A stretch of 47,061 nucleotides of DNA from Chiloscyllium plagiosum (taxonomy: Eukaryota), in the NCBI RefSeq assembly GCF_004010195.1, contig NW_025215314.1:43958-91018 (forward strand), in the 5' to 3' direction. Position 1 is the stretch's first letter; the number at the start of each line of letters is the position of its first letter. The notes beneath the pieces are model-generated. The model worked only from the letters and a program-made list of their open reading frames with translations. It did not search any database and was not told where the DNA came from. The translations under genes were made by a program, and so were the position numbers. This document shows positions 12,803 to 24,689 of this stretch, one piece after another.

Positions 12803-13302
12803 NNNNNNNNNNNNNNNNNNNNNNNNNNNNNNNNNNNNNNNNNNNNNNNNNNNNNNNNNNNNNNNNNNNNNNNNNNNNNNNNNNNNNNNNNNNNNNNNNN
12901 NNNNNNNNNNNNNNNNNNNNNNNNNNNNNNNNNNNNNNNNNNNNNNNNNNNNNNNNNNNNNNNNNNNNNNNNNNNNNNNNNNNNNNNNNNNNNNNNNNNN
13001 NNNNNNNNNNNNNNNNNNNNNNNNNNNNNNNNNNNNNNNNNNNNNNNNNNNNNNNNNNNNNNNNNNNNNNNNNNNNNNNNNNNNNNNNNNNNNNNNNNNN
13101 NNNNNNNNNNNNNNNNNNNNNNNNNNNNNNNNNNNNNNNNNNNNNNNNNNNNNNNNNNNNNNNNNNNNNNNNNNNNNNNNNNNNNNNNNNNNNNNNNNNN
13201 NNNNNNNNNNNNNNNNNNNNNNNNNNNNNNNNNNNNNNNNNNNNNNNNNNNNNNNNNNNNNNNNNNNNNNNNNNNNNNNNNNNNNNNNNNNNNNNNNNNN
13301 NN
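12803..13302. other. Assembly gap (500 N)
   Basis: Run of N; the round length suggests a placeholder size. Confidence 1.
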
Positions 13303-13398
13303 CTGGTCATTGTTTTTTTGTTATATTTCCCCAGCATCCAGATTGTGTGTGTGCAAGTGTGACACACAGTGAGAAAAGACTGCCGTCAGAAACAAGGC

Positions 13399-13470
13399 TG
13401 CTTCGCCCGGTTTCGAGCTGGTGACCTTTTGTGTGTTAGGTGAATGTGATAGCCAATACACTACAAATAC
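13399..13470 (-). pseudogene. tRNA-Val(AAC)-derived pseudogene
   Basis: Reverse complement gtatttgtagtgtattggctatcacattcacctaacacacaaaaggtcaccagctcgaaaccgggcgaagca versus vertebrate Val-AAC. The anticodon loop ctaacac is kept, with CpG decay and a B-box change. Confidence 0.88.
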
Positions 13471-14075
13471 TTCCAAATGTCTTTTAAGTCTTGCAACTGT
13501 ATCCACTTCCACTGGCAGCTCATTCGATATTCGCACTACCATCTGTGTAAAAAGATCCCCCCATCAGGTCCCATTTAAATCTTTCCCGTCTAAACTTGAA
13601 CTAATGTCTTCGGATCCCCTAAGCTGGGGAAAAGACTTTGTATGTCACCTTATCAATGATTTTCATGGATTTGGTAAACCTCCATGTGTCATCCCTGGCC
13701 TCCAACATGCCTGGTTTAAAAAACCCTCCCGTTCCACTTTACCCATATAACTTAAACCTTCTAGTTTCTGTGCCATCCTAGTAAATCTTTTTATACACTT
13801 CCAATTTAATAACATACGTCCGAAAGCAGGGCAACCACAATTGTACCCAGTACTCCAGATGTGGCCTTACCGTTGTCTTGTACAGCTATAACATGATATC
13901 CCAACTCCTTGTACATAATGTTCTGAACAATGCAGGCAAGCGTGCCAAATGCTTTCCTCACTAGCCAGTCTACCACAATTCAAGAACTATGTACCTGCAC
14001 TCCAAGGTCTCCCTAATCAACTGCAATCCCCAAGCCCCTACTATTAACTGTGTTCTTTCCAGTTTTGAGAGCGAA
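13471..14075 (-). mobile_element. CR1 3' region fragment
   Basis: ttccactggcagctcattc, cagtactccagatgtggcct and caagcgtgccaaatgctttc match the other minus-strand CR1 copies. Confidence 0.8.
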
Positions 14076-14174
14076 GAAGTACCAATGTGCTGCAATAGTG
14101 TTACTTTAGTAGTTGCAATGAAGTGACAGATATCAAACTGATGAAAATGAGCTCCGCGTCTTCCACTGTCGGAC

Positions 14175-14830
14175 CACAGAACAAACAGTGGTCTCACCAA
14201 TGTCCTGTCGGGCCGCAACATGACCTCCCAACTCCTGTACTCAATACTCTGACCAATCATGGAAAGCATACCAAATACCTTCTTCACTATCCTATCAACC
14301 CGCGATTCCACTTTCAAGGAGATATGAAACTGCACTCCAAGGTTTCTTTGTTCATCAACACTCCCTAGGACCTTACCGTTAACTGTATAAGTCCTGCTAA
14401 GATGTGATATCCCAAAATGCAGCACCTGGCATTTATCTGAATTAAACTCCATCTGCCACTTCTAAGCCCATTGACCAATCTGGTCTAGATCCTATTGTAA
14501 TCTGAGGTATCTTACGCTCGCATCCAAATCATTTATGTCATTGGTCACAGGCCTCCCGTCTGACAAACAACATTCCACCACCACTCTCTGCATCTTACCT
14601 TCAAGCCAATTTTGTATCCAAATGGCTAGCTGTCTCTGGTTTCCATGTGATCTAACTTTCCTAACCAGTCTAACCTGTCGAACGCCTTGCTGAATTCCAT
14701 ATAGATAAAGTTCACTTCGCTGACTTCATCAATATTCTTTGTCTCTCAACCAAATTAGTGTTACACAATTTCCCCGACACAACGCCATGTCAAATATGCC
14801 TAATCAGTCCATGTAAATCCTGTCCCTCAG
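14175..14830 (-). mobile_element. CR1 RT fragment
   Basis: ORF 13970-14452(-) MEFNSDKCQVLHFG...RNLGVQ...LVRPL. Confidence 0.88.
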
Positions 14831-14849
14831 ACTTTAAAAAAAAAAGACT

Positions 14850-15179
14850 ATAGAATTTCGGAATCATGGAATTCGTAGAGAAGTGAAGCAGCCCATTCAG
14901 CCCATCAAGTCAACACTGACCGTCCGAAGAACATCCCACCCAAATTCATCCCATTCCTGTTAATGTAACTTTCCCATGGATAATCCACCTAGCCTGCACA
15001 TCCCTGGACACTATGGGCAATTTACCATAGCCAACCCACCCAACCTGCACATCCGTGAACCGTGGGAGGAAACCCGAAAACCTAGAGGAACCCTTGCAAA
15101 CACAGACAAAACGTGCAAACTCCACACAGAGAGCTACCCAAGAGTGGAAGCAAACATGGTCCCTGGCCCTGTGAAGCTG
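14850..15179 (-). mobile_element. HE1 (V-SINE), extreme 5' end missing
   Basis: Reverse complement of the V-domain (gtgggaggaaacccgaaaacctagaggaaccc...tgcaaactccacacaga) plus a CR1-like tail. Confidence 0.85.
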
Positions 15180-15182
15180 TTA

Positions 15183-15684
15183 TGAAAGTTTAAAGGGTTC
15201 AGAAAAGATTTACAAGGATGTTGTCAGGGTTGGAGGATTTGAGAAAGAGGGAGAAGCGGCTGAACAGGCTGGGACTGTTTATCCCTGGAGCATCGGGAGC
15301 TGAGGGGTGACCTTGTGGAGGTTTGTGAAATTATGAGGGGCGTTGATAGGGTGGATGGGCAGGGTCTTGTCCCTATGGTCGGGGAGTCCAGAACTGGAGA
15401 TTGTGGGTTGAGGGTAAGAGGGGAAAGATATAAAGGGAACCTGAGGGGCAACGTTTTCATGCAGAAGGTGGAACATGTATGGAATGAGCTGCCAGAGGAT
15501 GTGGTGGAGGCTGGTACAATTGCAATATTTAAGAGGCATTTGGATGGGTATATGAATAGGAAGTGTTTGGAGGGATATGGGCCGGGTGCTGGCAGGTGGG
15601 ACTAGATTGGATTAGGATATCTGGTCGCCATGGACAGGTTGGACCGAAAGGTCTGTTTCCATGTTGTACATCTCTATGACTCTA
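15183..15684 (+). mobile_element. CR1 3' end (young)
   Basis: ORF 15315-15605 ...LRGNVFMQKVEHVWNELPEDVVEAGTIAIFKRHLD, with tail catctctatgactcta. Confidence 0.93.
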
Positions 15685-15689
15685 ATACA

Positions 15690-16980
15690 ATGGGGTATTT
15701 GGCCAATTGCGTTTTGTCAAACATGACACTAAATTAAAGTAATCCCTTCTGCCTGCCTTTGGTCCAAATCCATCCACTCCTGGCAAATTCATGTGCTTGT
15801 CTTATAATCTCTTAAACGTCCCCATTCTAAGTGCCTCCAAGATCATTCCGGGCAGCACGTTCTGAGCTCCTACCACTCTAAATAAAAAACGTGCTCCTCG
15901 CATCTCCTTTGAACTTCCCTCTCTCATATTGCTAACTCACCCAACTACATTTTCGTATATATGTATCACAAACAGTACAGATACTTCCACAGATTCCTGA
16001 AAAACACCAAGAGACGTGGACCTCTAACCACAAAACATTATTCCAGTACTAACCTTTGCTTTCTACGGGTAAGCCAATTCTGAATCCAAGCGAATAAGAC
16101 ACAGTTCTGGGAAGGAGGATCCCATGCATCTTAATCTATTGGATGAACCTATTATGAGGGATCTTGTTAAAAACCTTAAGAAAAAAGCATGTAGACATCG
16201 TCCACTGCTCTATCCTCATCGAATATCTTTGTCACCTACTCAAAAAATTCAATCAAGTTAGTGAGACACAATCTTCTCCACGCAATACCACGTCGATTGT
16301 CCAAACATAGGTCACCCTTTTCCAAATGCACATATACACTCAGTATACTCTCCAACAGCTTCCCAATCACTGATGAGAGACTCATCAGTCTACAGTTTCT
16401 TGGATCATCCCTATCGCTATTACCCCTATCTCCCTTCTTGAACAAAAAAACAACACTATCTACTCGCCAGTCGCCCAAGATCTGTCCAATGGCTTGCAAG
16501 TATGCGATGCTAGTCAAGGCACTGGCAATCTGCTCTCTTTCCTCTGAGGTAGATACCATCAGGCCCTGAAGAAGTATTCACCTTAAAGCTCTTCACGAGA
16601 CACAACACTTTGTTTTTGATCTCAAAATGCCCTGTCATGTTCACATGCTCCGCATTTATCTCACGATTCTCCATATCCTTTTGCTGGGTGAATACCAATG
16701 AATGTTCCCTCATTTATTCTCAAGTGGTCCTATCTTCTCTCTCGTTTTCCTCATATTTTTAATGTATGTATAGAATGCCTTGCGATACTCTTTAACTCTA
16801 TTTGCTGAAGTCATTTCATAGTACCTTCTTGCTCTCCTACTTCCCTGCTCGAGTTATTTCTGCTTTTTTTTATATTCATCACGAACCCTGACCAAGTTTA
16901 GCTTCCTAAAACCTTACGTATGCTTATTTTTTCCTCTTGGACTAAATTCACAATTTCCCTGGTTGTCCAAGGATCCCTTA
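15690..16980 (-). mobile_element. Older CR1 ORF2 fragment with internal deletions
   Basis: ORF 16236-16559 (GDWRVDSVVFLFKKG...NCRLMSLSSVIGKLLESI...CLTNLIEFFE) and ORF 16510-16713 (SSGPDGIY). Confidence 0.85.
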
Positions 16981-16989
16981 CATAGCCTC

Positions 16990-17490
16990 ATCCTTCCTCC
17001 TTCCCAGAACCTTCTGTTCCCAATTTTGACGCCCAGCGAACCCTATCCACACTTTCCTCAAACACGAAAAATATCCATTAACTGTCACTCTCGTTCTTTC
17101 CCACCACGCAGTTAATGTTGTATCCATGTTGTCCCTTGCCTTTTGTACCATAAGCGACAACCTTCCTCGAGTCTGTTGCGTGGTACCTTCAGAAAATCCA
17201 CATAAGCCAATCAGTAGCATTGCCTTCATCAACACTTTGTTAATTCCTTTAAGAAGATCAGCAAGTTAGTTGGGCATAGTTTCACTATGACTTTTCCAAA
17301 CCAACTCACCTTCTTCATCCTAACTATTAGCTTTATCCCAAATAATTGTTGCTAGCAGTTTCTCTGGAGTGAAACAGACAAGATTGTAAATGACAAGATT
17401 AGCTTGACAACCCTTTGTAGAAAAAAGGTTATCATGTTGGCAACCCTTCAGTCTCCTGGCTCCTCAGATTCCATGGACACCTCGAGCCCA
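16990..17490 (-). mobile_element. Very old CR1 RT fragment
   Basis: Antisense remnants such as gtaccttcagaaaatccacataa (YxDFxKx) and gttggcaacccttcagtctcctggc (PxDWRVAN). Confidence 0.55.
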
Positions 17491-17607
17491 CAAGGCACGA
17501 TTAGTTCAGCCTCTGGCTGAAATTGTTTAAGGTCTCTGTTAATCCCATGGTGCCAGCCAATAGGGATTGCAGTCCTGCTTGGGGACCACTCCCCCTAGAA
17601 GTGATTC

Positions 17608-17695
17608 CCTGGAGAAACTCGGCAGGTTTGGCAGCTTCTGTGGGATTAAAGCAGACGGAACGTTTCCCATCCACTCACCCTTCATCACAACTGAT
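17608..17695 (-). mobile_element. Old Penelope-like 3' terminus fragment with decayed hammerhead
   Basis: Reverse complement contains gtgatgaagggt...gggaaacgtt followed by gctgccaaacctgccgagtttctccag. Confidence 0.5.
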
Positions 17696-17769
17696 ATTCA
17701 GCTTATTGTGCAGGCAATCAAAGGGCTTACTGTCTTGGAAAACCTCCCGGGATATTTATTTTTGAGAAC

Positions 17770-17945
17770 TGGCAATGTAATCTTCCAACGTGAAAGACAC
17801 GGATTTTATTCAGTAATGGGGTGGTGGGAGCAGGTGGTTATGGGGATAGGGGAATGAAAATTGGGTTGAGAATGATCATATCAGCCATGGTCTCATTGAA
17901 GGGTGGAGCAGTCTTTGGGACTGAATGACTTCGTTCTGCTTTTCA
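17770..17945 (+). mobile_element. Old CR1 3' tail fragment
   Basis: atcagccatggtctcattgaagggtggagcagtc...gactgaatgact is a typical shark CR1 3' UTR. Confidence 0.55.
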
Positions 17946-18035
17946 ATCGTATGGTGATTCCTGTTCCAAGATACTTCTACACTCAGTCCCGCCAATTTGA
18001 CCGTTCACCTTTTTGGTCTAACACCATTTCATATC

Positions 18036-18174
18036 GTGGCTGGTGGATCAGAGGGTCAGCATGTCCAGGTGAGGGGAAAGGTTGAGAAGGAGAATCCTTT
18101 ATTTTAGCTCCAGCTGGTTGAGGGAATTGAACCCACGCTGTTGGTATCTGCATTGCACACCAATTGAGCGAACC
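18036..18174 (-). mobile_element. tRNA-derived SINE fragment (not HE1)
   Basis: Reverse complement has A-box-like ggttcgctcaattgg, B-box gggttcaattcc, then ctccttctcaacctttcccctcacctg. Confidence 0.55.
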
Positions 18175-18869
18175 AACATCACTCCACACGCCCTGTACAA
18201 GACAATTATAGCCAGCCTTCAACTCGATAGGATCGAGGAGCACATCTATTTGGCCTGCTCAATCCAAAGGGAGAGTAGTGGAAGCCGGTGAAGGAAATTG
18301 CCTCTCCTATGTGTCCTTCCCAAATTGAGCTTGAGAAAAGAGTACATTGGACCTGCTGTTTGCTTCTCCGTTACTGCCTGTAGTGAGAGACTAAGGGGAG
18401 CTTCGAGGAGATTTCACTTATCACTCAGAGTCTGGAACTCTAATCCGGAAATGCTGGTTAACTCAGAAACTCTCAGAAGAGTGGAACAGTCTTCAGATCA
18501 GTCTCTGTCTAGTCACAGCATCCAGTGTTTGGGACAAGAGATGAAAGAATATAACCATCTGAACTAGGAACGGAAAACTCCTTTCAGCTCTTAAAGTCTG
18601 CTCTGTCATTCAATAGAATCATGACTGATTCAACATTTGTGTTGAGAGCTGAATTTCTGACAATACAGTGACAGACAGAATCAAATTATTCTGCCATGAG
18701 GAATCGTCAGACAAAAGCTGGAACCTGAGAGACAATATTCGAATCCTCCTGTCTCCTTGACACACAGAAGAACAATTGTTGGGCTCAGGATGTATCTGGG
18801 ATTTTTACCATAAGGGGCAAGATCTTGGCTAAAGGGAGCCAAAGGGGCAAAAAAGACAGCGAGGGTGCT

Positions 18870-19500
18870 GCTGCATAGTCTAATCCTACAGTTTTCACTG
18901 ATTCCTCTATCTGTACTTCCATGTTCCCAGCTGCCTCGCCCACATCTTTCGTTCAATCCCTATCTCTCCCCATCATTGACATCTCTGCCCTCTTCACATT
19001 CTCCTCTGAATTCCCTTCCGACATGTCTCTGCCTCCTTGTTATCTCACCATGTTTTTCAGGAATGCTTCATCGTTCAATCTTTCTAAAACCAACATGTTT
19101 GCTCATCACTTTCTGCATTCCCTTAGCACTGTGGGATCTTGTCTGTAGACCATTTTGTCTGCATTGCAGCGACACACCCACTCTCTCAGCTCTGCCTGTA
19201 TTTTTGGCAATTTTCTCTGTGACCCTGTCCTTTGTCTCTTCCTTGGATTTCTCCCTTGTTCTCTGTTTTCCCTACTTCCTTTCTCTTCCTGGATTTTTCT
19301 TCCCTCTGTCCCGTCTTTCTTCCCATACGTGTCTGACATTCTATTTCAGCCCTGAGGCTTTTACTTTCTGTCTCCAACTCCGGATCTCTGTCTGCCCATC
19401 TGTCATTCTCATTCCCTCTTTGGAGCCTTCTCTCATTTTCTCCATACAGTTTAGCTCGGTTTTCTCCCTGACCCCTCTGCTCTTTCCCAGTGACTTGCAC
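18870..19500. repeat. Pyrimidine-rich low-complexity tract
   Basis: Strong C/T bias on the + strand. The 218-aa ORF here is Leu/Ser/Phe/Pro-biased. Confidence 0.7.
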
Positions 19501-19561
19501 GTTGGCATTGGGAAAAGTTAGATTTAGTGTCACAGCATTGTTTACAGTTATAGACCCGGAA

Positions 19562-21523
19562 AATCATGTATTGTACAGGACGGAAACAAACCCTTCGGTA
19601 TAACTCATCCATCCAATAAGATATCCCAACCTAACCTTGTCCGATTTATCAGCACTTGGCCCATATCCATCTAAAATCTTCCTATTCATATACCCATCCA
19701 GATGTCTTTTAAATGCGGCATTTGTACCAATTGCAGCTCATTCCATACATGCACAACCCTATGCATGAATAACTTGCCACTTACGCCCCTTTTATATCTT
19801 CCCCCTCTCACCCGACAACTATGCCCTCCAGTTCTGGACTCGCCCATCCCAGGGAAAATATTTCCTGTATTAAACCTATCCATGCCTATCATAATTTTAT
19901 AAACCTTGGTATTGTTACCCCTCAGCCACCAATGCTCCATGGAAAATTCCCCCAGCCTATTTAGCCTCTCCATAAAGTCCGAACCTTCCAATCCCGGTAA
20001 CATCCTTATATATCTTTTCTGAACCCTTTAAAGTTTCGTAACCTCCTTACAATAGGAAAGAGACCAGAATTGTACGCAATATTTCAAAAGTGACCGAACC
20101 AATGTCCTGTACAGCCGCAACATGACCTCCCAACTCCAATACTTAATAGTCTGACCAGACGCCTTTTTCACGATCCTATCGACCTACAACGCTACTTTCA
20201 AGAAAATATAAACCTGCACTCCAAGGTCTCTTTATTCAGCAATTGCCCTTCAGACCTTACTATTAAGTGTAAAAGCCCTGCTAGGATTTGCTTTTTCAAA
20301 ACGCTGCACCTCACATTTATCTAAATTAAATTCCATCTGCCAGTTCTCAAAGCGTTGGCCCATTTGATCAAGATCCCATTGTACACTGAGGTAACCTTCT
20401 TCGCTGCCCACTTACACCTCCAATTTTGGTTTCTAAACCTCTTATATTCACATCTAAATCACTTATACGAATGATCAAAAGTAGTGGACCGATCCTTATG
20501 GCACTCCATTGGTCACAGGTCTCCAGTCTGAAAAGCAACCCTCCACCACCTTCGAGCCTTGGGTGGCATGTTAGCTCAGTGGTTAGCACTGCTGTCTCAC
20601 AGCGCCATGCAACCGGGTTCAATTTCAGGCTCAGGCGACTGTCTGTGTGGAGTTTGGACATTCTCCCCGTGTCTGCGTGGGTTCCCTCCGGGTGCTCCGG
20701 TTTCCTCCCACAATCCAAAGATGTGCAGACTAGATTAATTGACCATGCTAAATTGCCCATCGTGTTCAAAGGTGTGCAGGTTAAGTGATTTCGTGAGGAG
20801 TAATTGCACAGGAGGGGAATGGGTGTGGGTGGGTTACTCTTCTGTGGGACTGTGTGGACTTGTTAGGCTGAAGGGCCTGTTTCCAGACTGTATGGATTCT
20901 ATATTCTCAATCCGAATGGCTAGTTCTCACAGCATTTCATGAGAGCTTACCTTGATTAGCAGTCTCCCATGAGACACGTTCTCAAACGCCTTAAAGAAGT
21001 CCATATAGATCACGTCCACCGCTCTGTCCTCATCAATCCTCTTTTTTACTTCACAAAGGACTACCAAGTTCGGGAAACATGATTTCCCATGCACAAAGCC
21101 ATTCTGGATATCCCGAATAAGTCCTTGCTTTTCAAAATACACCTAAGTCCTGTCCCTCAGGATTCCCTCCAAAAACCTGCCCACCACTGATTTAAGACTC
21201 GCTGGTCTATAGTTCCCTGGCCTTTCCTTACCACCTTTGTTACATAGTTGCACCACATTAGCCAACCTACAATCTTTGGCACCACACCTGTGACTCTCTA
21301 TGATACAAATATCTTAGCAAATGGCCCAACAATCACTTCTCTAGCTTCCCACACAATTGCAGGATACATCTAATAAATTTCTAGGAATGTATCCACTATT
21401 ATGCGGTTCAAGACATGCACCACGTCCTCCTCTGTGATATGGACATTTTTCAGGGTATTACTAAACATTTCCCCAAAAGTTTTGATGTTCCATGTCCTTC
21501 TCTGATGCAAAATACTCGTCCAG
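19562..21523 (-). mobile_element. 5'-truncated CR1 interrupted by an HE1 SINE
   Basis: ORF 19686-20003 (LFMHRVVHVWNEL) and ORF 20927-21142 (QNGFVHGKSC...VDVIYMDFFKAFENVSH). Confidence 0.92.
20561..20905 (+). mobile_element. Full-length HE1 (V-SINE)
   Basis: tRNA-like head with A box (tagctcagtgg) and B box (gggttcaattt), V-domain gtgggttccctccgggtgctccggtttcctcccacaatccaaagatgtgcag, and CR1-like tail. Confidence 0.93.
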
Positions 21524-22156
21524 TGAGGATCTAAAATTTGAATTTAGGCAACAAGTATATTTCAATTTATATTAACATCAAAACTTTTTTTTTCAACTTT
21601 AAAGAATGCTATAAAATGGCCGCGAATAGTACTTAAAACCTGTGAACCTGTACTACTGATTTGCAGAATTAAGCTTAAATTCAAAGGTAAGAGGATAATA
21701 GAGTTTTCATCAAAATGAATACTGACACATTAATTGACCATTCGAACTAAACTTGAACTGATAATGGCATGACAATTTACGTAAATAAGATATCTGTTCC
21801 AAGGAATACCATTGGATTAGCCTGTTGCCAATTATGTCACTATATTACAGTTGATTGGACTTTTCTTGTAATTAAGAACCATTTCCCAGAAAATAACGTT
21901 GGATTAACTTGTTGTAAATCATGTCACTTTATTATATGTGATTGGCCCTACTTGTAATTAAGGCTGTACTATCTCTTCTAAAAATATAAATAATGCGTAA
22001 TTTTCAAATGTAATTGCACTTTATCACGGATCACGGAAGGTTTAACCTGTGTGTAGCTGGATAGAATTGCGTCAAGGTACCTTAATTCAATAAATTGTCG
22101 ATTCTTTTCAATGATCTCGAAAAAAGAGGCCTCTCTTTAGGGGTCATAGTTCTTCA
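21524..22156 (+). mobile_element. Candidate LTR (633 bp, retrovirus/LTR-retrotransposon-like)
   Basis: TG...CA ends with 8/10 terminal inverted repeat (tgaggatcta / tagttcttca), two ~87-bp direct repeats each with ATTGG, TATAAA at 21985 and AATAAA at 22089. It fills the space between CR1 and Rex1 sequence exactly. No TSD. Confidence 0.65.
21786..21962 (+). repeat. Two imperfect ~87-bp tandem copies inside the candidate LTR
   Basis: ttggatta at 21812 and 21899, atgtcact twice, and cttgtaattaag at 21865 and 21951. Confidence 0.85.
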
Positions 22157-24497
22157 ACTGGTGCGTGTTTAAGGAGGCAGCAACCGATGGTGACTCCATC
22201 TGCTTCGAGGAGTACATGGTATCAGTGATTTGCTACATTCGCAAGTGCATTGAAGACGTCACTGTGTCTAAAACTGTCACCTCTCTTCTCAACCTGAAGC
22301 CGTGACTGACCTCAAAGATGCGTGCACTGTCGAGGACCCGTGATTCCACCTTCAGGCACATGACAAGACGGCACGAACAATAGCGATGATCAATCGCTAC
22401 CGGGCCATCAAAGTGGCAAAGCGTGCACACGTGCAGAAAATATGCAGCCTTATTGAGGACAGTGGTGAGATGCTTAGCATGTGGAATAGTATTAACGCTA
22501 CCACCAAAAACAGCATAGCATTGTCTACTGGTGTTGATGATGCTGCCGTCCCGGATGAGTTGAACACATGTATGCATATTTTGGAGCATGAAAAGATGTT
22601 GCAGCGAGGAAGACCATTCCACCGCCCAATGACCAGGTGCTGTGTCTTACCATGACTGACATGACGATAACTCAATGCAGAGGTAACCCACGGAGGGTTG
22701 CTGGACCACATTACGTCCCTGGCAGAATACTCAGAGGATTCTCTGACGTGCAGGCGGATGTTCTCATGGACATCTTTAACATCTCCCTGAGTTGTACCAG
22801 AGTTCCAACGTGCTTCAAGGTCACTACCACCGTCCTTGTTGTGAAGACATCTTCAGTGTCTTGTCTCAATGGCTACTGCCCCTGTTGCGTTAACACTTAT
22901 CATCATGAATTGTTTCGAGATGCTCGTGATGAGGCATATTAAGTCCCAGCTGCTCTCCCCCTCCCTCTATACTGGAAATTCTGCAGTTTGTGTATTTTCC
23001 CAATCGCTGAACAGATGATGCCATTTCTCCGACAATCACCCACGTGGACAAGAAGGACACCTATGTCAATTACTATTCTTTGGCTTTTCTTCTACATTTA
23101 ACACTCATTCATCGGCATCTGATTGGAAGGCGGGGTCTGATTGGCTTTAATACCACCTTCTTTCACTGGATCCTGAATTACTGACTGGGAGGCCACGGTC
23201 AGTCTAGATTGGGAACTGCATCTCCAACAGCATCACACTGAGCACGTCGTCCCCTCCCCTCCCCCCGCCCCGGGCTGTGTGCTCGGTCCACTGCTGTTCA
23301 CCCTGCTTTCGCGCGACTGTGCAACGATGTTCAGCTCATATTATGTAATTAAGATCACTGTTAACATGACGGTAGTGGATCATATCGGCAGGACCGATGA
23401 GTCAGCATACAGAGCTGAAGTGCAGCCGCTAAAAGACTACTGCTAAGCCAACAAACTAAATCTGAACGTGGATAAAACAAAAGAGTTGTTTACTAACTTA
23501 GGGAGGATACAGAGCCATCACTCTCCGCAGGACATGGATGGCTCCCCCATGGAGATCGTGAAGAGCAACACATTTCTTTACGTCCATCTGGTGGATAGTC
23601 TCACCTGGTCCCACAACACAAGCTACATAGCCAAGAAAGCAAAGCACATGATGGTAGTGGTCTTGAAGTACGTTGGAACTATGGTACAATTCAGGGAGAT
23701 GTTGAAGATGTCCGCGAGAACATCGCTTGCACGTCAGATCAAACTCTATGCAAGCTGTAAAGGATCTTATGTGGTGCAGCTGCCTTCCTTGGGTTAGCTC
23801 TGAGTAGGTTGCGGAAATCCCATCTCCCACATGCTGACCTCACCATATTCTACAGAGAGTTCATTGAGAATATCCTGAGCAGCTGCATCACTGCCTTGGG
23901 AATTGCACTAGCTCGAAATGTAATAACCTACAACGGATAATGAGAATAGCTGAGATGGTCATTGGGGACTTCTTCCCTCCATCAAAGACATTTACAACCC
24001 ACACTACATCCAGAAGGCTAACAGCAATTTGGACGACCCCATACATCTTTGAATCAGATTTTTGCACTCTTGCTATCTGGCAGAAAATACAAGAAAACTC
24101 AATCTCTCACAGCCAGACTCTGCAATTGTTTCTTCCCCCAAGCGATCAAGCTTCTCAACACTGTATGATCACACACTCTTCCATTTGAAATTTTTGCTAA
24201 CTTTTTTGAATGGCTGCGAAAGCGATGTTTTCTTAATGATCATTCATTTGTACATTGTAATTTATCCACCATTGTGTCTACTGTCTTCTCTTGTCAGGAA
24301 TTACTGCTCAGTTCTTATTGTTTTGCACTTTTTATGCACTTTCTGCTGCCCTGTGTATGACTGCGGGTTGGTTTGTGTTTAAATAGCACATTGGTTCTGG
24401 AGCAACGCTGTCTCTTTTTTTTTTAATTGTACCAGTAGTATACGGTCGAAATGATAAATCAATCTCCTATTCTTTCTCTCGACCCTACTCTACTCTC
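22157..24497 (+). mobile_element. Decayed Rex1/Babar-type LINE (copy in unit C)
   Basis: WCVFKEAA...[27 protein letters not shown]...DIFNISL...VPTCFK, PPGCVLGPLLFTL and DKTKEL motifs, with a short-repeat 3' tail. Confidence 0.88.
23644..23802 (-). repeat. Inverted ~160-bp patch of upstream Rex1 RT sequence inside Rex1
   Basis: The reverse complement aligns to 22678-22840 and 28841-29005. The patch is absent from the second Rex1 copy at ~29790-29810. Confidence 0.85.
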
Positions 24498-24689
24498 TAG
24501 TATCTACATCAAAGGCCTCAAAGAATTATTGCAATCCAATAGAGGTTTACCAGGATTTCCTCGAATCGGATTTACTGCATCCGTTGCTCCTGATGTGGTG
24601 TCCTCTACACCAGAGCCATCCAGTGCAAAAATTCGGATCGGTTCAGGAATGACCTGTGGACCGCTGTGCTTTTATCCAGATCTACCCTG

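Noticed and set aside
12556..13367. 258-268-aa ORFs
   Set aside because: These are artefacts of reading through the 500-N gap. The real part is Penelope RT.
18865..19521. 218-aa ORF as a host gene
   Set aside because: It lies in a C/T-rich tract that lacks stop codons for compositional reasons, starts at a non-ATG codon, and has no recognisable domain.
20561..20640. Functional tRNA
   Set aside because: It is the tRNA-derived head of an HE1 SINE and is followed by the V-domain.
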